A DNA stretch of 64,000 nucleotides from Chiloscyllium plagiosum (GCF_004010195.1 NC_057720.1:27032611-27096610), one strand, 5' to 3'; positions 24,126 to 37,287 are shown, numbered from the stretch's first letter. Numbers and translations are program-made. The notes: a model not told the origin generated them from the sequence alone.

Positions 24126-24919
24126 AAGAGGCCCTTCAGCCCATCAAGCCTGCATCCATCTCTCTACATGAATCCCACTTTCCCGCACTTGGCCCATAGC
24201 CTTGATTGTTATATTTCAAGTGCTCATCCATATGCATTTTCATGGTTGTGAGGTTTTCTGCCTCAACTATCCTCCCAGGCAGTTTCCCATGACCCTCTGG
24301 GTAAAGTCTTTTTTCCTCAAACCCTCTCTAAGCCTTCTGCACTTCATTTTAAAATCATGCCTCCTTCCTTTTCTTATATATAAAGTAGCTGTTGTGGTCC
24401 ATTCAATATCAATTGCTTGTTTACTCTCAAAGTTTACTTTCTCCTTGTTTTTTAAAATTTTTTGGTCCTCTTTTACTTTTTTTTAAACTCTCCCAGTTCT
24501 TTGATTTACTGCTAATGTTGGCCTTGTTGCATTGTTTCTTTCAATTCGATACTTTCCTTGGTTAACCATGGTTATTTTAACCCCTTCCTAGAATCCCTCT
24601 TCAGTACTGAGATATTTCTTTGCTGCAAGTCATGAACTATTTTCTTAAATATCTATCATTATTCCTCAGCTGCCTTTTCTAGTTAACTCCTTATCCAGTC
24701 CATTTCAGCTAGCTTTGCCCTCATTCCTTTGCAATTACCCTTATTTCAGTTTAGCTCAGTTGGTTTTGACCCAAGTTTTTTACTCTCAAACTGAATACTA
24801 AATTCTACCATGTTCCAGTCACTGTTTCCTCATGGATTATTTGCTCTGAGATAGTTTATGAAATCTGTCTCATTACATGTTACCAGATCCAAAATATCCA
24901 AAATCGCTGGATGGATTTT

Positions 24920-25215
24920 GGCGTCATGGTGGCTCAGTGGTTAGCACTAGTGCCTCATAGTACCAGGGTCCCAGGTTCCATTACAGCCTCGGGTAACTGT
25001 CTGTGTGGAGTTTTGCACATTCTCCCCATGTCTGTGCAGGTTTCCTCTCACAGTCCATAGATATGCAGGTCAGGTAAATTAGCCATGTAAAATTACTCAT
25101 AGTGTTAGGTGCATTAGTCAGAGGGGGGGGTGGGCTGCTTTTCAGAGGGTTGGTGTGGACTTGTTGGGCCGAAGGACTTGTTTCCACACTTTAAGGAATC
25201 TAATCAAATCTAATA
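24920..25215 (+). mobile_element. HE1-type SINE
   Basis: ggtggctcagtggttagcact head; aatctaatc tail. Confidence 0.88.
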
Positions 25216-26006
25216 TTGTTCTAGGAAATGTCCTAAATGTACTTTATGACTCTTTTTTACTTGTGGCTACCTCTGCCAGTTTGTTTTTCACAAATCACAT
25301 GAAGATTAAAGTCAACCTATGATCAATGTACATACCCACATTATCTCCTGACTTATTCTCTGTCCTACAGTATAAATACCCTTAAGGGGCCTATGGACTA
25401 CTCACACCAGTGCCTTCTTCCTCGTGTTAATTTTTACTTCCACCCATATGGATCCTACATCACACAATCCAAGATTATTTCTTGCTGTCATACTTCTGCC
25501 ATCTTGTATTAACAAACGACACCACCATCTTGCTCTCATCCTTCCTGATGTTTTGTAAAAAAAGTCACATACCTCTGAATATGTGGTTACCACATCTAAT
25601 TTGCTTACAACTATGTAATGGCTCTAAGATCATAGGCATTGACCTTTGTTTGAGACAAAAATTCATTTATTTTCTTCTGAATACTTTGTGCATGTAAGTA
25701 AGGAATAATTTATTTTGCCTTTGTATCATTTTCCCTCTTTAATTGTATTTGTTTCTGATTCTCCATGTTGTTCACTCTGTCCCTTCTTGTCTCACTCTGG
25801 TTATTGTTATCCAAATAGCTGCCCGGCATTGCTGCCTAATCATTTTGCTTTGTAATTCCACATTTCCCCTGTCCCAAATCTACCCTCTCATTTAGTTTAA
25901 AGTCCACGCTACAGTTTTATTTATTTGGTTCAGCAGGACACTGGTCCTTGCATGGTGCACGCGAAGCCCATCCCACTGAAATATCTCCCTACTACTACAT
26001 TCTTCG

Positions 26007-26552
26007 GGGAACAGAGTGGGGATGGATTCACAGGCCGGTCAATGGGAACAGAGTGAGGATGGGCTCACAGACCAGTCAAGGGGGACAGAGTGGCGATGGA
26101 TTCACAGGCTGGTCAATGGGAACAGAGTGAGGATGGACTCATAGGCCGGTCAAGGAGGACAGAGTGGGGATGGATTCACAGGCCGGTCAATGGGAACAGA
26201 GTGAGGATGGCTCACAGGCCGGTCAAGGGGGACAGAGTGGGGATGGATTCACAGGCCGGTCAATGGGAACAGAGTGGGGATGGACTCACAGGCCGGTCAA
26301 GGGGGACAGAGTGGGGATGGGTTCACAGGCCGGTCAAGGGGAACAGAGTGGGGATGGATTCACAGGCAGGTCAAGGGGGACAGAGCGGGGATGGGCTCAC
26401 AGGCCGGTCAATGGGAACAGAGCAGGGATGGACTCACAGGCCGGTCAAGGGGAACAGAGTGAGGATGGCTCACAGGCCGGTCAAGGAGGACAGAGTGGGG
26501 ACGGGTTCATAGGCTGGTCAATGGGAACAGAGCAGGGATGGGCTCACAGGCC
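26007..26552. repeat. 37-bp minisatellite, about 15 copies
   Basis: Unit gaacagagtggggatggattcacaggccggtcaa(t/g)gg in tandem. Confidence 0.95.
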
Positions 26553-29328
26553 ATAGGAAGGAGAAGAAAAATTGGGGATGTGTTGATAGTATGTTGTTAT
26601 TCTGGTGCTCTGGTTCCAACAAATTATCACCTTTCCCTTCTTCTGTATTCCATCCTTAGGTAGCCAAGTTACCACCATCCTGATCTGAGTCACAAAGTGT
26701 ATGAATGGCCCTATTCATATGTCCTTTCTGAATAAAAGACAAGGTAGCAGACATGAGGACTGAGTATTATTGATGTCTGTAAGACTGACTCTTAATTGGA
26801 ACCCTGGGAAACCTGCATGTGTTAGATTAAATTTAAATCTCAGTGGACACCTCATTTAAATTGCTTCAAATAGCCCACATTAAATGCATTGCAGCCACCT
26901 TCCACACTTACAAAATTTTGTCAATGATAACAACTTTCCACCCAAACCCACACAGTCTTTATTATTTAACTACCCATTCACGCACAAGCTGCAACATATT
27001 TTCGAGCAACAAGACTTGCTGGTTAGAAAGATCCTGAAACATTAATCGTCAATTTTGATTAATAGTCAAAATAGTCAATACGACTACTTAGTCTTCTACG
27101 CTCAGCAAGAATCACATTCTCAAGTAAACCTCCACTGATGAGGTGAAGGACCATTCACAGGTACAAAGAAGCAAAAGAAAAAGTAAAATCAATTGACCTG
27201 CTGCAGGGAGAAACCAGTTTCCATAACAGCCTGCAAGTTGATGCGGGGTCATTTTGAGGTGTAACCACCATTCAGGGGAAGTAATTCACCACTGTTTGTC
27301 CAGCTATCAGCAACATCTTAGCATCGGATGGAGCAATAAATCAAAATTATGGGAATAGTTATTCCCCGGGCTTTCAAAACAGCTGCAGGAAAAACATAGA
27401 CCTTTGTAAGCACCAGTGTTATAGCATTTCCGCCAGATTAGAGACGAAGTTACAAAACCATTTCCTGTGTACAGCAATTGGGAACAAAGTACTTCCGTTC
27501 ATTATGTACCGTACAAGCACTGAGAAGGAACACTTCAATTATTTTACAAACCTACACCCAAACATAAAAAAAATCACGAACAGCTTTATTCACTCAAAAG
27601 ATTCTTCATTAAAATAATGAATGGCTGGCAAGACAGGAACAATTGCCAAAACACACATTTTTGTAATCAATTTTGCACTCTATTTAAATTCTTCAAACGA
27701 CAGATGGAGTTACACTGCAAACAACCTTTTTTTCCAAATCAAAAACAATTGTTGTTTCTTTTTTAATTTGAATGTTAGTAATTTTTTTTTACTGTGATAC
27801 TCCTTACATTGTGCACACACAGAAGCTGATTTCCATTCCACGTATTTACAGTTATCCATACTCAGATCGTCCAGCAGAAAGATTGCTATTACTATAGCAG
27901 CAGAACAAACTAGAGTTTGCCTCCTGGGACCACGTGGAATTTATAATGCAGCTGACTTGGGGGAATCACTGTCCCTTATGTTGCCTACTAAATCACTCCA
28001 CTGCGCCTCCCCACATCTCCTTCCTCCCCCAAAGCCCTGGTTCCTCACAGAGCTGACATCTCTTTGCAAATCCAGCACCACACTGGCTACCACCCCACCA
28101 ACTCCAACCCCCAACAGTCTCTCCCAACTTGAGGCAACCTAATTCACTGCCTCACAACTCTTTCCCAATAAGATCTGACCCATCAGCAGTCCCTCCCCCC
28201 AAAATAATCCCAAGACCTTACCAGTGAACTGTCACCTAAGCCCCAACCAACGTTACCCTATCCCATCCCCAATAGCCACTTGTAACCTTCCACTTCCGTG
28301 GGTTCCTACTGCCTACATCTATTTGGCACTCTACTTAGCCACCCCACACTTGTCCACCTGCCACCCTTTTGCTCACCCAGATAGAACCCTAACCCCCACT
28401 AACAGCCACTTGCCAACCTAACCCTCCACGTTGATGACACATTTACCTTCACACAGATGTTGGAGGCTTTGAACCTTTAAACATGAAATACAGCAGTTAC
28501 CACTTCAGAAAGAGGGTGTGTTCTCAGCACTGATTCACTTCCCTGTTACCTGTATTGATTCACGGACTTGTCTAGGCTGCTTCAACTGGGAATGCTCCAA
28601 GTACAAATGTTTGCCTGGAAAATGCCTCAAAACTAAGGTGCACAACCTTTTGGCTTAACTGGGTGGTCAGAAAAAGAGATCCCAACCCAAATCAGATGAT
28701 TTGAGCCATGACTAAAATTTTCTTTGCTTGATCACACAATCTGATTATGATCACTAATAACTAGGTTTGATGCATACTGGCACCAGCTGGGTATTCTTAT
28801 TGCCATCTCTCCTCCCCAAAGAAAACCATTATTATGGTAATTATATGGCAGACATGATGGAACTCAACAATTTCAATTCAGCTTATCCTTAACATTATGA
28901 CTTGCTGATCAAAAGAACAATAGAACAAAGAAATGCCACCCAATAGACTAAAACAACCTTTTCCAACATCTTCGGAAAATACATAGCTACAAGTAAAACA
29001 TCAAGGAAGGGAAAACTTTGATACGTCACGCTCACATCTGAACTAAAAAGCAAAATATCATTTTAAAACAGTTATCACTTCTCAAAGTCATATTTGCTTA
29101 AATTTTACAGTCTAATTTTAGCCAATGGTACCAAGTGGAATTGAGCTGGATCAGGTTTAAATCTGTAATTGTAGCGCCCACTGCAAATTAATGCCAAATG
29201 TCTGTGGAGTTTCCAATCCGTCTGCAAAACCAAGCTGGTCTGAGTGCTCCTTGTATTGTCAATGTTCTGAATCATAAGGCAATGATTTGCATCGGGTTGG
29301 GGGTGGGGGTTATCTCTGTGTTAAACAT

Positions 29329-29770
29329 TAGGTTGTAAGTTTGCTCGCTGAGCTGGAAGGTTTGTTTTCAGATGTTTTGTCACTATATTCAGTAACACCA
29401 TCAGTGAGCCTCTGGTGAAGCGCTGGCGTTATGTCCCACTTTCTATTTATGTGTCTTGGTTTCTCAGGGTGGGTGATATCATTTCCAGTTCTTTTTCTCA
29501 AACGTTGGTAAATAGGGTCCAAATCGATGTGTTTATTGATAGAGTTCCAGTTTGAATGCCAAGCCTCTAGGAATTCCCATGAGTGTCTCTATTTAGTCTG
29601 TCTGAGGATGGATGAGTTGGCCCAGTTGAATTGGTATCCTTCTTCATCTATATGTAAGGATACAAGTCCAAGTAGGTCATGTCTTTTGGTGGCTAGTTGG
29701 TGTTTGTGTATCCTGGTGGCTAGTTTTCTGCTTGTCTGTCCAATGTAGTGTTTGTTACAGTCCTTGCAGG
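29329..29770 (-). mobile_element. Penelope/Poseidon-like element 3' fragment (GIY-YIG plus tail, family E)
   Basis: Minus frame PCKDCNKHYIGQTSRKLATRIHKH..EFLEAWHSNWNSINKHIDLDPIY (one stop); decayed hammerhead ctgatgg..aaaacatc; TSD gttaaacat at 29320-29328 and 29771-29779. Confidence 0.88.
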
Positions 29771-29779
29771 GTTAAACAT

Positions 29780-30110
29780 CATCCAGTTTGCTGGAGCCCC
29801 ACTCTGGCATGGTAGTCTCTGCCTCAGTTACTGCAAAGGAAGACCGTGAGCTGAGAGGTTGCAGGATCCATTAGTCCTTGTCTTCACTGTGTCCCTTTCT
29901 TGGCGATCTGAGCTTTTCACTTCATCTCATCTTTTCCAATACTCTTCCAAACAATCAGTCTCTCGAGTCCATCACCATCACCAACTGTCTCCCATCTGTC
30001 GATGTCAAAGTCTACTGTCTTCAAATCTCACTTGATGTTGCCTTTTAGAGAAGATATGGCTGTTTAAAAGGTTGTGACCCACATTGCGATACAGAAGCTC
30101 TTTGGACGAA
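29780..30110 (-). mobile_element. RTE-like LINE 3' fragment (decayed)
   Basis: Minus translation ..DLKTVDFDIDRWETVGD.. resembles an RTE C-terminus. Confidence 0.45.
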
Positions 30111-30112
30111 GC

Positions 30113-31092
30113 TGTCATAAAGTCATACAGCATGGAAATAGACCCTTGGGTTCAACCAGTCCACACTGACCATGTTCCCAAACTGAACTAGTCCCACCTG
30201 CCTATCCTTCCAAACCTTTCATATCCAAATATCTTTTAAAAGTTGTAACTGTACCTGCATCCACCACTTTCTCTGGCATTATACTCCACACACGAACCAC
30301 TCTCTGTGTAAAAATGTTGCCCCTCACATCCTTTTAAAATCTTTCTCCTCTAACTTTAAATATACGCCCCTAGTTTTGAAATCCCCCACTCTAGGGGAAG
30401 AACTTTTGCCATTCACCTTATCTATGCCCCTCATGATTTTATAAACCTCAATAAGGTCACCCCTCAACCTCCTATGCTCCAATGAGAAAAGTCTCAGAGT
30501 TTCCAGTCTATTTTTATATCTCAAACCCTCCATTCCTGACAACATCTTGGTAAATCTTTTCTGAACCCTCTCCAGTCTGCTAATACCCTTCCGATAACAG
30601 GACAACCAGAACCACACTTGGTACTCCAGAAGAGGCCTCAGCAATGCCCTGTACAACCTCAACATGACGTCCCAACTCCTATACACAAAGGTCTGAGTAA
30701 TGAAGGCAAGTGCGCTAAATGCCTACTTCACCACCCTGTCTACCTGTGACACACATTTCAAAGAAATGTATATTTGAACCCTTCGGTCTCTCTGTACTAT
30801 AGAACTACCCAAGACACTGCCATTAATAGTATAAATTCTGTCCTTATAATATCAAAATGCAATACATCATATTTATCCATCTGCCAGTCCTCAGCCCATT
30901 GACCCAATTTGGTGAACATCTCTTTGTAATCTAATTCTTCACTGTTCAATATATCACCAATTTTGGTGTCATCTGCAAACTTAGTAACCACGCCTTCGAT
31001 ATTCTCATCCAACTCATTTCTATAAATGACAAAGAAAAGTGGGCCCAGTACCAATCACTTAGAACACCACTGGTCACAGGCCTCCACTCTCT
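30113..31092 (-). mobile_element. CR1/HER1 LINE 3' portion
   Basis: VLGPLFFVIY..KFADDTK; LYRALLRPLLEY..RRLRGDLIEVYKIMRG. Confidence 0.92.
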
Positions 31093-31393
31093 GAAACACA
31101 TCCATTCAAATGAATGTGGTTGAGCCAAAAGAAAAATTGTTGGCTTCACAATGAGAGTAAGCTGATGGAATGAGTGTTAAAGCTCCTGAAGCTATATAAA
31201 AGGCTGTCTCAACTGCAGACTGAGGAGCAGATTTTTTTTGCTTTTTCGTTTGCCAGAAGTGTTTCCAGCTTCTATTTTTGGAGGGCATTCTTACGTCTTT
31301 TTTTCCAGCAAGACTTCGAAGAAAGTTAGTAAAATGTAATATTAATTTGGTAGACATACATAATGAAGTTAATGTTTGACTTTCATTTTACTT

Positions 31394-32251
31394 AGAGTCA
31401 CAGAGTCATAGAGAGGTACAGCTCGGAAACAGACCCTTTGGTCCAACCTATCCATGCCGACCAGATATCCCAACCCAATCTAGTCCCACCTGCCAGCACC
31501 TGTCCATATCCCTCCAAACCCTTCCTATTCATACACCCATCTAAATGTCTTTTAGATATTACAATTGTACCAGCCTCCACCATTTCCTTTGACAGTTCAT
31601 TCCATACACGCACCACCTTCTGCATGAAAAACTTGCCCCTTAGGTCTCTTTTATAACTTTCCACACCCTCCCTAAACCTATACTCTCTATTTCTGGACTC
31701 CCCCACCCCAGGGAAAAGACTTTGTCTATTTATCCTATTCATGCCCCTCATGATTTTACAAACATCTATAAGGTCACCTCTCAGCCTCTGACGCTCCAAG
31801 GAAAACAACTCTAGCCTATTCAACCTCTCCCTTTAGCTCAAATTCTTCAACCCTGGCAACATCCTTGTAAATCTTTTCTGAACACTTTCAAGTTTCACAA
31901 CATCTTTCCGATATTGCACGCAATATTCCGACAGTGGGCTGTACAACCAATGTCCTGTACAGCCGCAACATGACCTCCCAACTCCTGTACTCAATACTCT
32001 GACCAATAAAAGAAAGCATACCAAATGCATTCTTCACTATCCTATCTACCTGCGACTCCACTTTCAAGGAGTTATGAACCTGCACTCCAAGGTCTCTTTG
32101 TTCAGCAACACTCCCTAGGACCTTACCATCAAGTGTATAAGTCCTGCTGAGATTTGTTTTCACAAAATGCAGCACCTCATATTTATCTAAATTAAACTCC
32201 ATCTGCCACTCCTCAGTCCATTGGCCCATCTGATCAAGATCCCATTGTAAT
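31394..32251 (-). mobile_element. HER1/CR1 LINE 3' portion
   Basis: WQMEFNLDKYEVLHF..QRLRGDLIDVCKIMRG..VVRVWNEL; (catagagt) tail. Confidence 0.92.
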
Positions 32252-32535
32252 ACTCAAAGCTTCACTTCTCTAAAACACAGTTAAATGCTGATTATTTCCT
32301 GGTAAGGACAGTTAGCCTAAATGAAGAACAAAAATTAAGTCTCATGCCAGAATGTGGTTTTAACCTTGCTTAATTAAGATGCTTGCTGAAGTAAGAAAGT
32401 TAATTAATGTGTGGATAATAGATACAATTTACTTTTGTGAATCACCCCTATGGTTCAATAGTGTAATAACGAGATGGAGCAGCCAGTCCAGGTGGCTGAC
32501 TTTATGAATGGCTGTGAACATAGTCAACTAATAAT

Positions 32536-32840
32536 AGTCATAGAATCTCTACAGTGCAAATAGAGGCCATTCAGCCCATTGAGTCTGCACCAACCCTCTG
32601 AAGAGCATCCAACCTAATCCCTGTAACCCTGCATTTACCATAGCTACTCCACTTAGCCTATACAAGCCTGGACAATATGGGACAGTTTAACATGGTTAAT
32701 CCATCAAATCTGCACATCTTTGGACTGTGGGAGGAAACCAGAGCACCCAGAGGAAACCCACATAGACATGGAAATGTACAAACTCTACACAGACATTTGC
32801 CCCAGGCTGGAATCAAATTCAGATCCTTGGCATTGTGTGG
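32536..32840 (-). mobile_element. HE1-type SINE (diverged)
   Basis: ctgcacatctttggactgtgggaggaaacc core. Confidence 0.82.
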
Positions 32841-33989
32841 TGTGCCAGCATGCCAATCAGTCGGGTACTCTTGTAATGTAGGTGAGTTTAAGTTCCACCT
32901 ATTCCAGAAGTCTGTTATAACATCTCTAATCAGGTTGATAAAGGAAAAAATTGTAGACAAGATACAAGCAGTGAAGATCCTGAAAATAAGCTTGATGGCT
33001 GAGGGTGGTGTTCACGAGGAACATTAAAAAAATTTGAAATCAGCACGGGATGAGATAACAGAAGTAGCACAATTCATGAAGGACAGAACAGGGAGAGGCT
33101 GGGGATAATATGAGTGAGCTTTTAAAAAAACAGTGCAAACAATACCAAAGGAAGCCATCGCAAGAGAAAATGGAAAAGAAAGGGCGTGCTGCTGGTCTTG
33201 AGCAAATCCATGCTGCCTATGGTTTAATACTTTTGGGTAGTTTGAAGACTGCAAAAAGAAATAGGGCATCCAGAAGAGAAAATGGAAGAAAAGAGCTGAT
33301 TGTGCTGTTGTGACTGATCTGATCCATTACTCATGACTTGTTACATCTTGCTGTGAAACTAGTGTGTTTTATATTCCATCCTAATCTGATTGAATGAAAC
33401 ATAATCACCATATTGGTTGCTGTCGAAACAATTTGGGTTTGATAGTAACACTTCGCCAGATTGATAATAACAACAAATATTCAACTGGAAACTCAATAGG
33501 AGCAGCAACAGCTTCAGCAACCACCAGCTGGGTGCACAGTCAGGAACTGCACCAGAAATTGTGTGGTTCATATGGACAGGCTGCTCGATTTAAGGTAATC
33601 CAATGGCCAGGCTTTAAACATTAAGACATCCTGAAATTAAACTCACTTGGACCCCAATGGAAAATATCTTGAAAATATCACCGCATGCTTATCCTGCCGA
33701 CCTTAACCATAATCCATGATATTCCCACCCGAGTCCACATAGTGGCTTAAATATTTCATCATGCAATTGTGAAGAATTAACCTTTAGTCATGATGTGCCT
33801 TAAAACCCTCAGATCTTCCGAAGGGCTTCATAACCAATTTCTGAAATTCCATCACTGCTGTTATTTAGGTAAAAAAAGACTTTGTGTCTGTCTGATTTAC
33901 TTGCGTTGGATAAAGGAAAAATGGATAGGTCTATGTGCAGAAATGGTGACAATGGCACAAGGTTAATTGTTCTTTTGAAGAGCCAACAT

Positions 33990-34168
33990 AAGGTGCTCTG
34001 GTTTCCTCCTACAGTCCAAAGATGCGCAGGTTAAATGGATTGGCCATGGTAAATGTGAGGTTACAGGGATAGGGGAGGCGATGTGTCTGCATAGGATGCC
34101 CTTCGATGGGTTGGTGTGAACCCAATGGGCCAAATGCCTGCTTTCACACTGTAGGGATTCTATGATTC
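33990..34168 (+). mobile_element. HE1-type SINE 3' half
   Basis: tttcctcctacagtccaaagatgcgcaggtt..cacactgtagggattctatg. Confidence 0.8.
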
Positions 34169-34599
34169 TGTGCTAAATGCAATAAGCCAAATAGCCTTCT
34201 TCTGTGCTGTGATTATTCAGTAATTCTGTGTGGCACTTGCCATTTCATGTGATTGCATGCAATGTCATGGATATATTAAACTGTAGAAACCTCCAAACTA
34301 TGCAAAAGCACCCTTCAAAGAACAAAATCTGATTAAGATTCCAATTAAGAGCTTTTTAGTGGTAAAGACTGTAGTTTTGAAGGGGACATATGGGTTTCAG
34401 AAGATGTGTGTTACAGAGCAGCTGAAATAATGCAGGTACATGGTGGGGAGCTAATGATGGCTGCTTAAGGCCAGTCTGAGATAGTAAATGGTGGAGATGG
34501 AGCCTCAGTATTTATAAAAGAGATTACTTGGACACTACGTTAGAGGAAACCTGTAGACAGAGACTGTTAGAATACACCCCATACACATGATGAACTCCA

Positions 34600-34720
34600 C
34601 ATTACACAAAGAGATCTTCCTCCTGTCCCTTGTGGCCTCCATTTGACACAAGTTGGCATCAATGAAGCAACACACAGCTCTGAACCAGGCACCAGTCCTC
34701 CTGCCCTCCTAGAGCACACC
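34600..34720 (-). mobile_element. Possible Harbinger Myb/SANT-like domain fossil
   Basis: Minus frame AVCCFIDANLCQMEATRDRRKISL resembles the xPRFSDxxLExLLEAVxxRRxVLF pattern. Confidence 0.3.
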
Positions 34721-35349
34721 ACTTGCCATGATGCTGTGGACGATTCTGGCACAATAATCAGGCTTTTGTCTTTCAAACAACCTGCAACTTCATTATGGCT
34801 GCCATGGAAGTCTAAATCAGTATCCCACTTCACCTGAACCTTCCCCTTGTTCCTGTTCTCATGGCTCTGATTAGGTGAGAAATCCAGCTCTAATGGTTCA
34901 TCCCGAGAGATGCCCTCCTCTGGAGGTGAGTTTCTGACCTGGGAACAAATGCAACTTCCATGACAAGAATTCAGACACCAATAATGGAATTTGCTTGCAA
35001 GTTCAATTATTTGAGTAAAATAGAAACTTGAGTGTTTTCTGACTCCCAACCTAACTGAACAAAATGCTACTATAACAACCACAGCTACTCAGTATCCCTT
35101 TATCAAAAGTAATTTTGAAATTCCGAGATTTCATTTCAGCTATGCTCAGCTGTTCTTTATATTTGTTGCTCTTTTAACAATTGAGTATGAAAGAATGAAA
35201 ACCATTGTTAGATTACATCAGGCTCTGTAAAGTCCACACTTGGGAGTACAACATCCAATTTTGGTTCAGCCAATTGCTTCAGAGTAATGAGGATCTTAGA
35301 GAGAGTTCAGAAAAGGGCAATAAAAATTAGAACAAATTTTCAGGCTCTA

Positions 35350-36058
35350 GGTAGAATCATAGAAAATCATAAAATCATTACAGCACAGAAGCAAGCCATT
35401 AGACATAGCCACATTTCCTTTGGAGCAGTCCATCTAGCTCTCCTCTTCCCACAGCCCTGCACATTCCTCCTCTGATGATACCTAGAATATATAAACCAGA
35501 ATATATATGGCATAGAGGAGGGCAGAAGGGCTTTTGCCCAAAACGTCGATTTTCCTGCTCCTCGGATGCTGCCTGACCTGATGTGCTTTTCCAGCACCAC
35601 TTTAATCTAGACTCTGGTTTCCAGCATCTGCAGTCCTTGTTTTATCTAGTGTACCCATTCTGTCTACCAAAAAAAACACCCAGCCAATTCCCATTTTCTA
35701 ACACTTGGCCCATAATCCCTGGAGGAGATACCCAGACACCTTTCAAATAAGTCGAGGATTTCTGTCTCTACTCCTTTTTCAGGCAGTGAGTTCCACACTC
35801 ATACAACCCTCTGGCTAAAAAAAAATTCCCAGTTCCCCTCTAATCCTTCTACTAATCATTAGAAACCATTCCTTCTAGTCACTGATCCTTCTGCTATAGA
35901 AAGTAGGTTCTTCACCTCTATGCAGGCCACTCACAGCTTTGTACATCCCAATTGAATTATCTTCATGATCCATTGTTCCATCAAGAGCAATGCCAGTCTA
36001 TCTAATCTTTCCCTCTTTCCCTGGGAAAGCCGCAAGTTCCCAGTCTTGGCAAAATCCC
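35350..36058 (-). mobile_element. Decayed CR1 3' fragments with a nested Penelope-like tail (35522-35645, +)
   Basis: agaatcatag tail and caaccctctggctaaaaa; nested gaagggcttttgcccaaaacgtcg..ccagcatctgcag. Confidence 0.7.
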
Positions 36059-36060
36059 TA

Positions 36061-36163
36061 CACAAACAGAAACATGGATTACAGGAAAACTTCAGCAGGT
36101 CTGGCAGCATCTGTGGAGAGAAAGCAGAGTTAACATTTCAGGTCCAGTGACCATTCTTCAGTT
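36061..36163 (-). mobile_element. Old Penelope-like tail (family D)
   Basis: Reverse complement ctgaagaatggtcactggacctgaaatgttaactc..ccacagatgctgccagacctgctga. Confidence 0.7.
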
Positions 36164-36899
36164 TCCTATTGCCTCCTACTGTTCTCACATTGATTTACCT
36201 TCAAGTAGCTGTTCATCATCCACATTCACTAAAGCTCATCACAACTGACTAAAGTTGGCCTGACCGCGGTTTATAATTTTAATTCCTGTTCTAGCTTTGC
36301 CCTTTCCCACAACTATGTTTAGACTCAGTATAAATCATGAATCATCTGCCACCAAAATGCTCTCCCACTACCACTGTGACATCTTCTACCCACTCAGCTC
36401 CACTTCCTGAAACAAAGTTTTATTGGACTGGCCAGAAGAGTTCATCTGAATGCACTTCAAGAATTCTAATCCTTCCTTCCTTTTACACTGAAGGCAGCAA
36501 AAGGGAGACACCAAGACATAGTTTGTGAACTTAAGAGGTGAAAAAATTGAAGTCTTTAAAGCACTAGAGTTATTGTACCATTCCAGTTGGATAGCTAACT
36601 GAAATAGGTAAGGAATAAAGAACCAGAATCCAGTTTGAGAAAGAGTTAGATTGGAAACTCTCAAACTGTTGAGACATGTGAACATGGACATTATTTCAGC
36701 CTTTTAAGAAAAAAACATGTAAATTTTCTGGGAAAAGCCATATTTCTGGTTATTATGAGTGAGTAAAAAGAAAACTATTAAAATCTGGAAAGAAAAACAG
36801 AAAATTCTGAAAGTGCACAGCAAGACAGTGAGATCAGGTGAGTTAGTCGGTTCGTAGTTGTGGGCCCACCAGCCTGCTTCAGTAGATCCGATGATTTCC

Positions 36900-37287
36900 A
36901 TTTTATTCATTCATGGGATGTCATAATCATGGGCTTAACCAGTGTTTATTGCCCACCTCCATCACTCATGAATTGATTGGTTTACTAGGCTATTTCAGAG
37001 GGCAATTAACAGTCATCCACATTAATGTAGATCCAGAATTACAAGAAGTTCAGACTAAATTAGTATGACAGATTTTCTTCCTTGAAGAACATCAGAGAAC
37101 CAGCTGGGAATTTACAGCAATTGACAATGGTTTCATGGCTAGAGCTATACTATTAACTCCAGGCTTTTTTTAAAATTTGAATTCCACAGTCTGCCTTGGG
37201 AGGATTTGAACTTGGATCCCCAGAACATTAACTGGGACTCTGGATTACTAATCTAACATCAATATAGTGCACCATTACCTCTCCCAT
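36900..37287 (-). mobile_element. Full-length short derivative (SINE form) of the tRNA-headed LINE
   Basis: Reverse complement: ..agtaatccagagtcccagttaatgttctggggatccaagttcaaatcc.. through to gggcaataaa..catgaatgaataaaa. Confidence 0.75.

Larger units (their letters stand above)
19148..25990 (-). mobile_element. Long decayed CR1 LINE (most of ORF2) interrupted by several later insertions
   Basis: 3' tail (gaccataa) near 19150; LDIIYLNF near 21075-21105; GKSRLT resumes at 22447; endonuclease-region pieces at 24400-25700. Confidence 0.65.

Noticed and set aside
26007..26552. CRISPR-like array or repetitive protein ORFs
   Set aside because: Contiguous tandem units without unique spacers, no cas genes, eukaryotic context; the ORFs arise from the repeat (unit length is not a multiple of 3)
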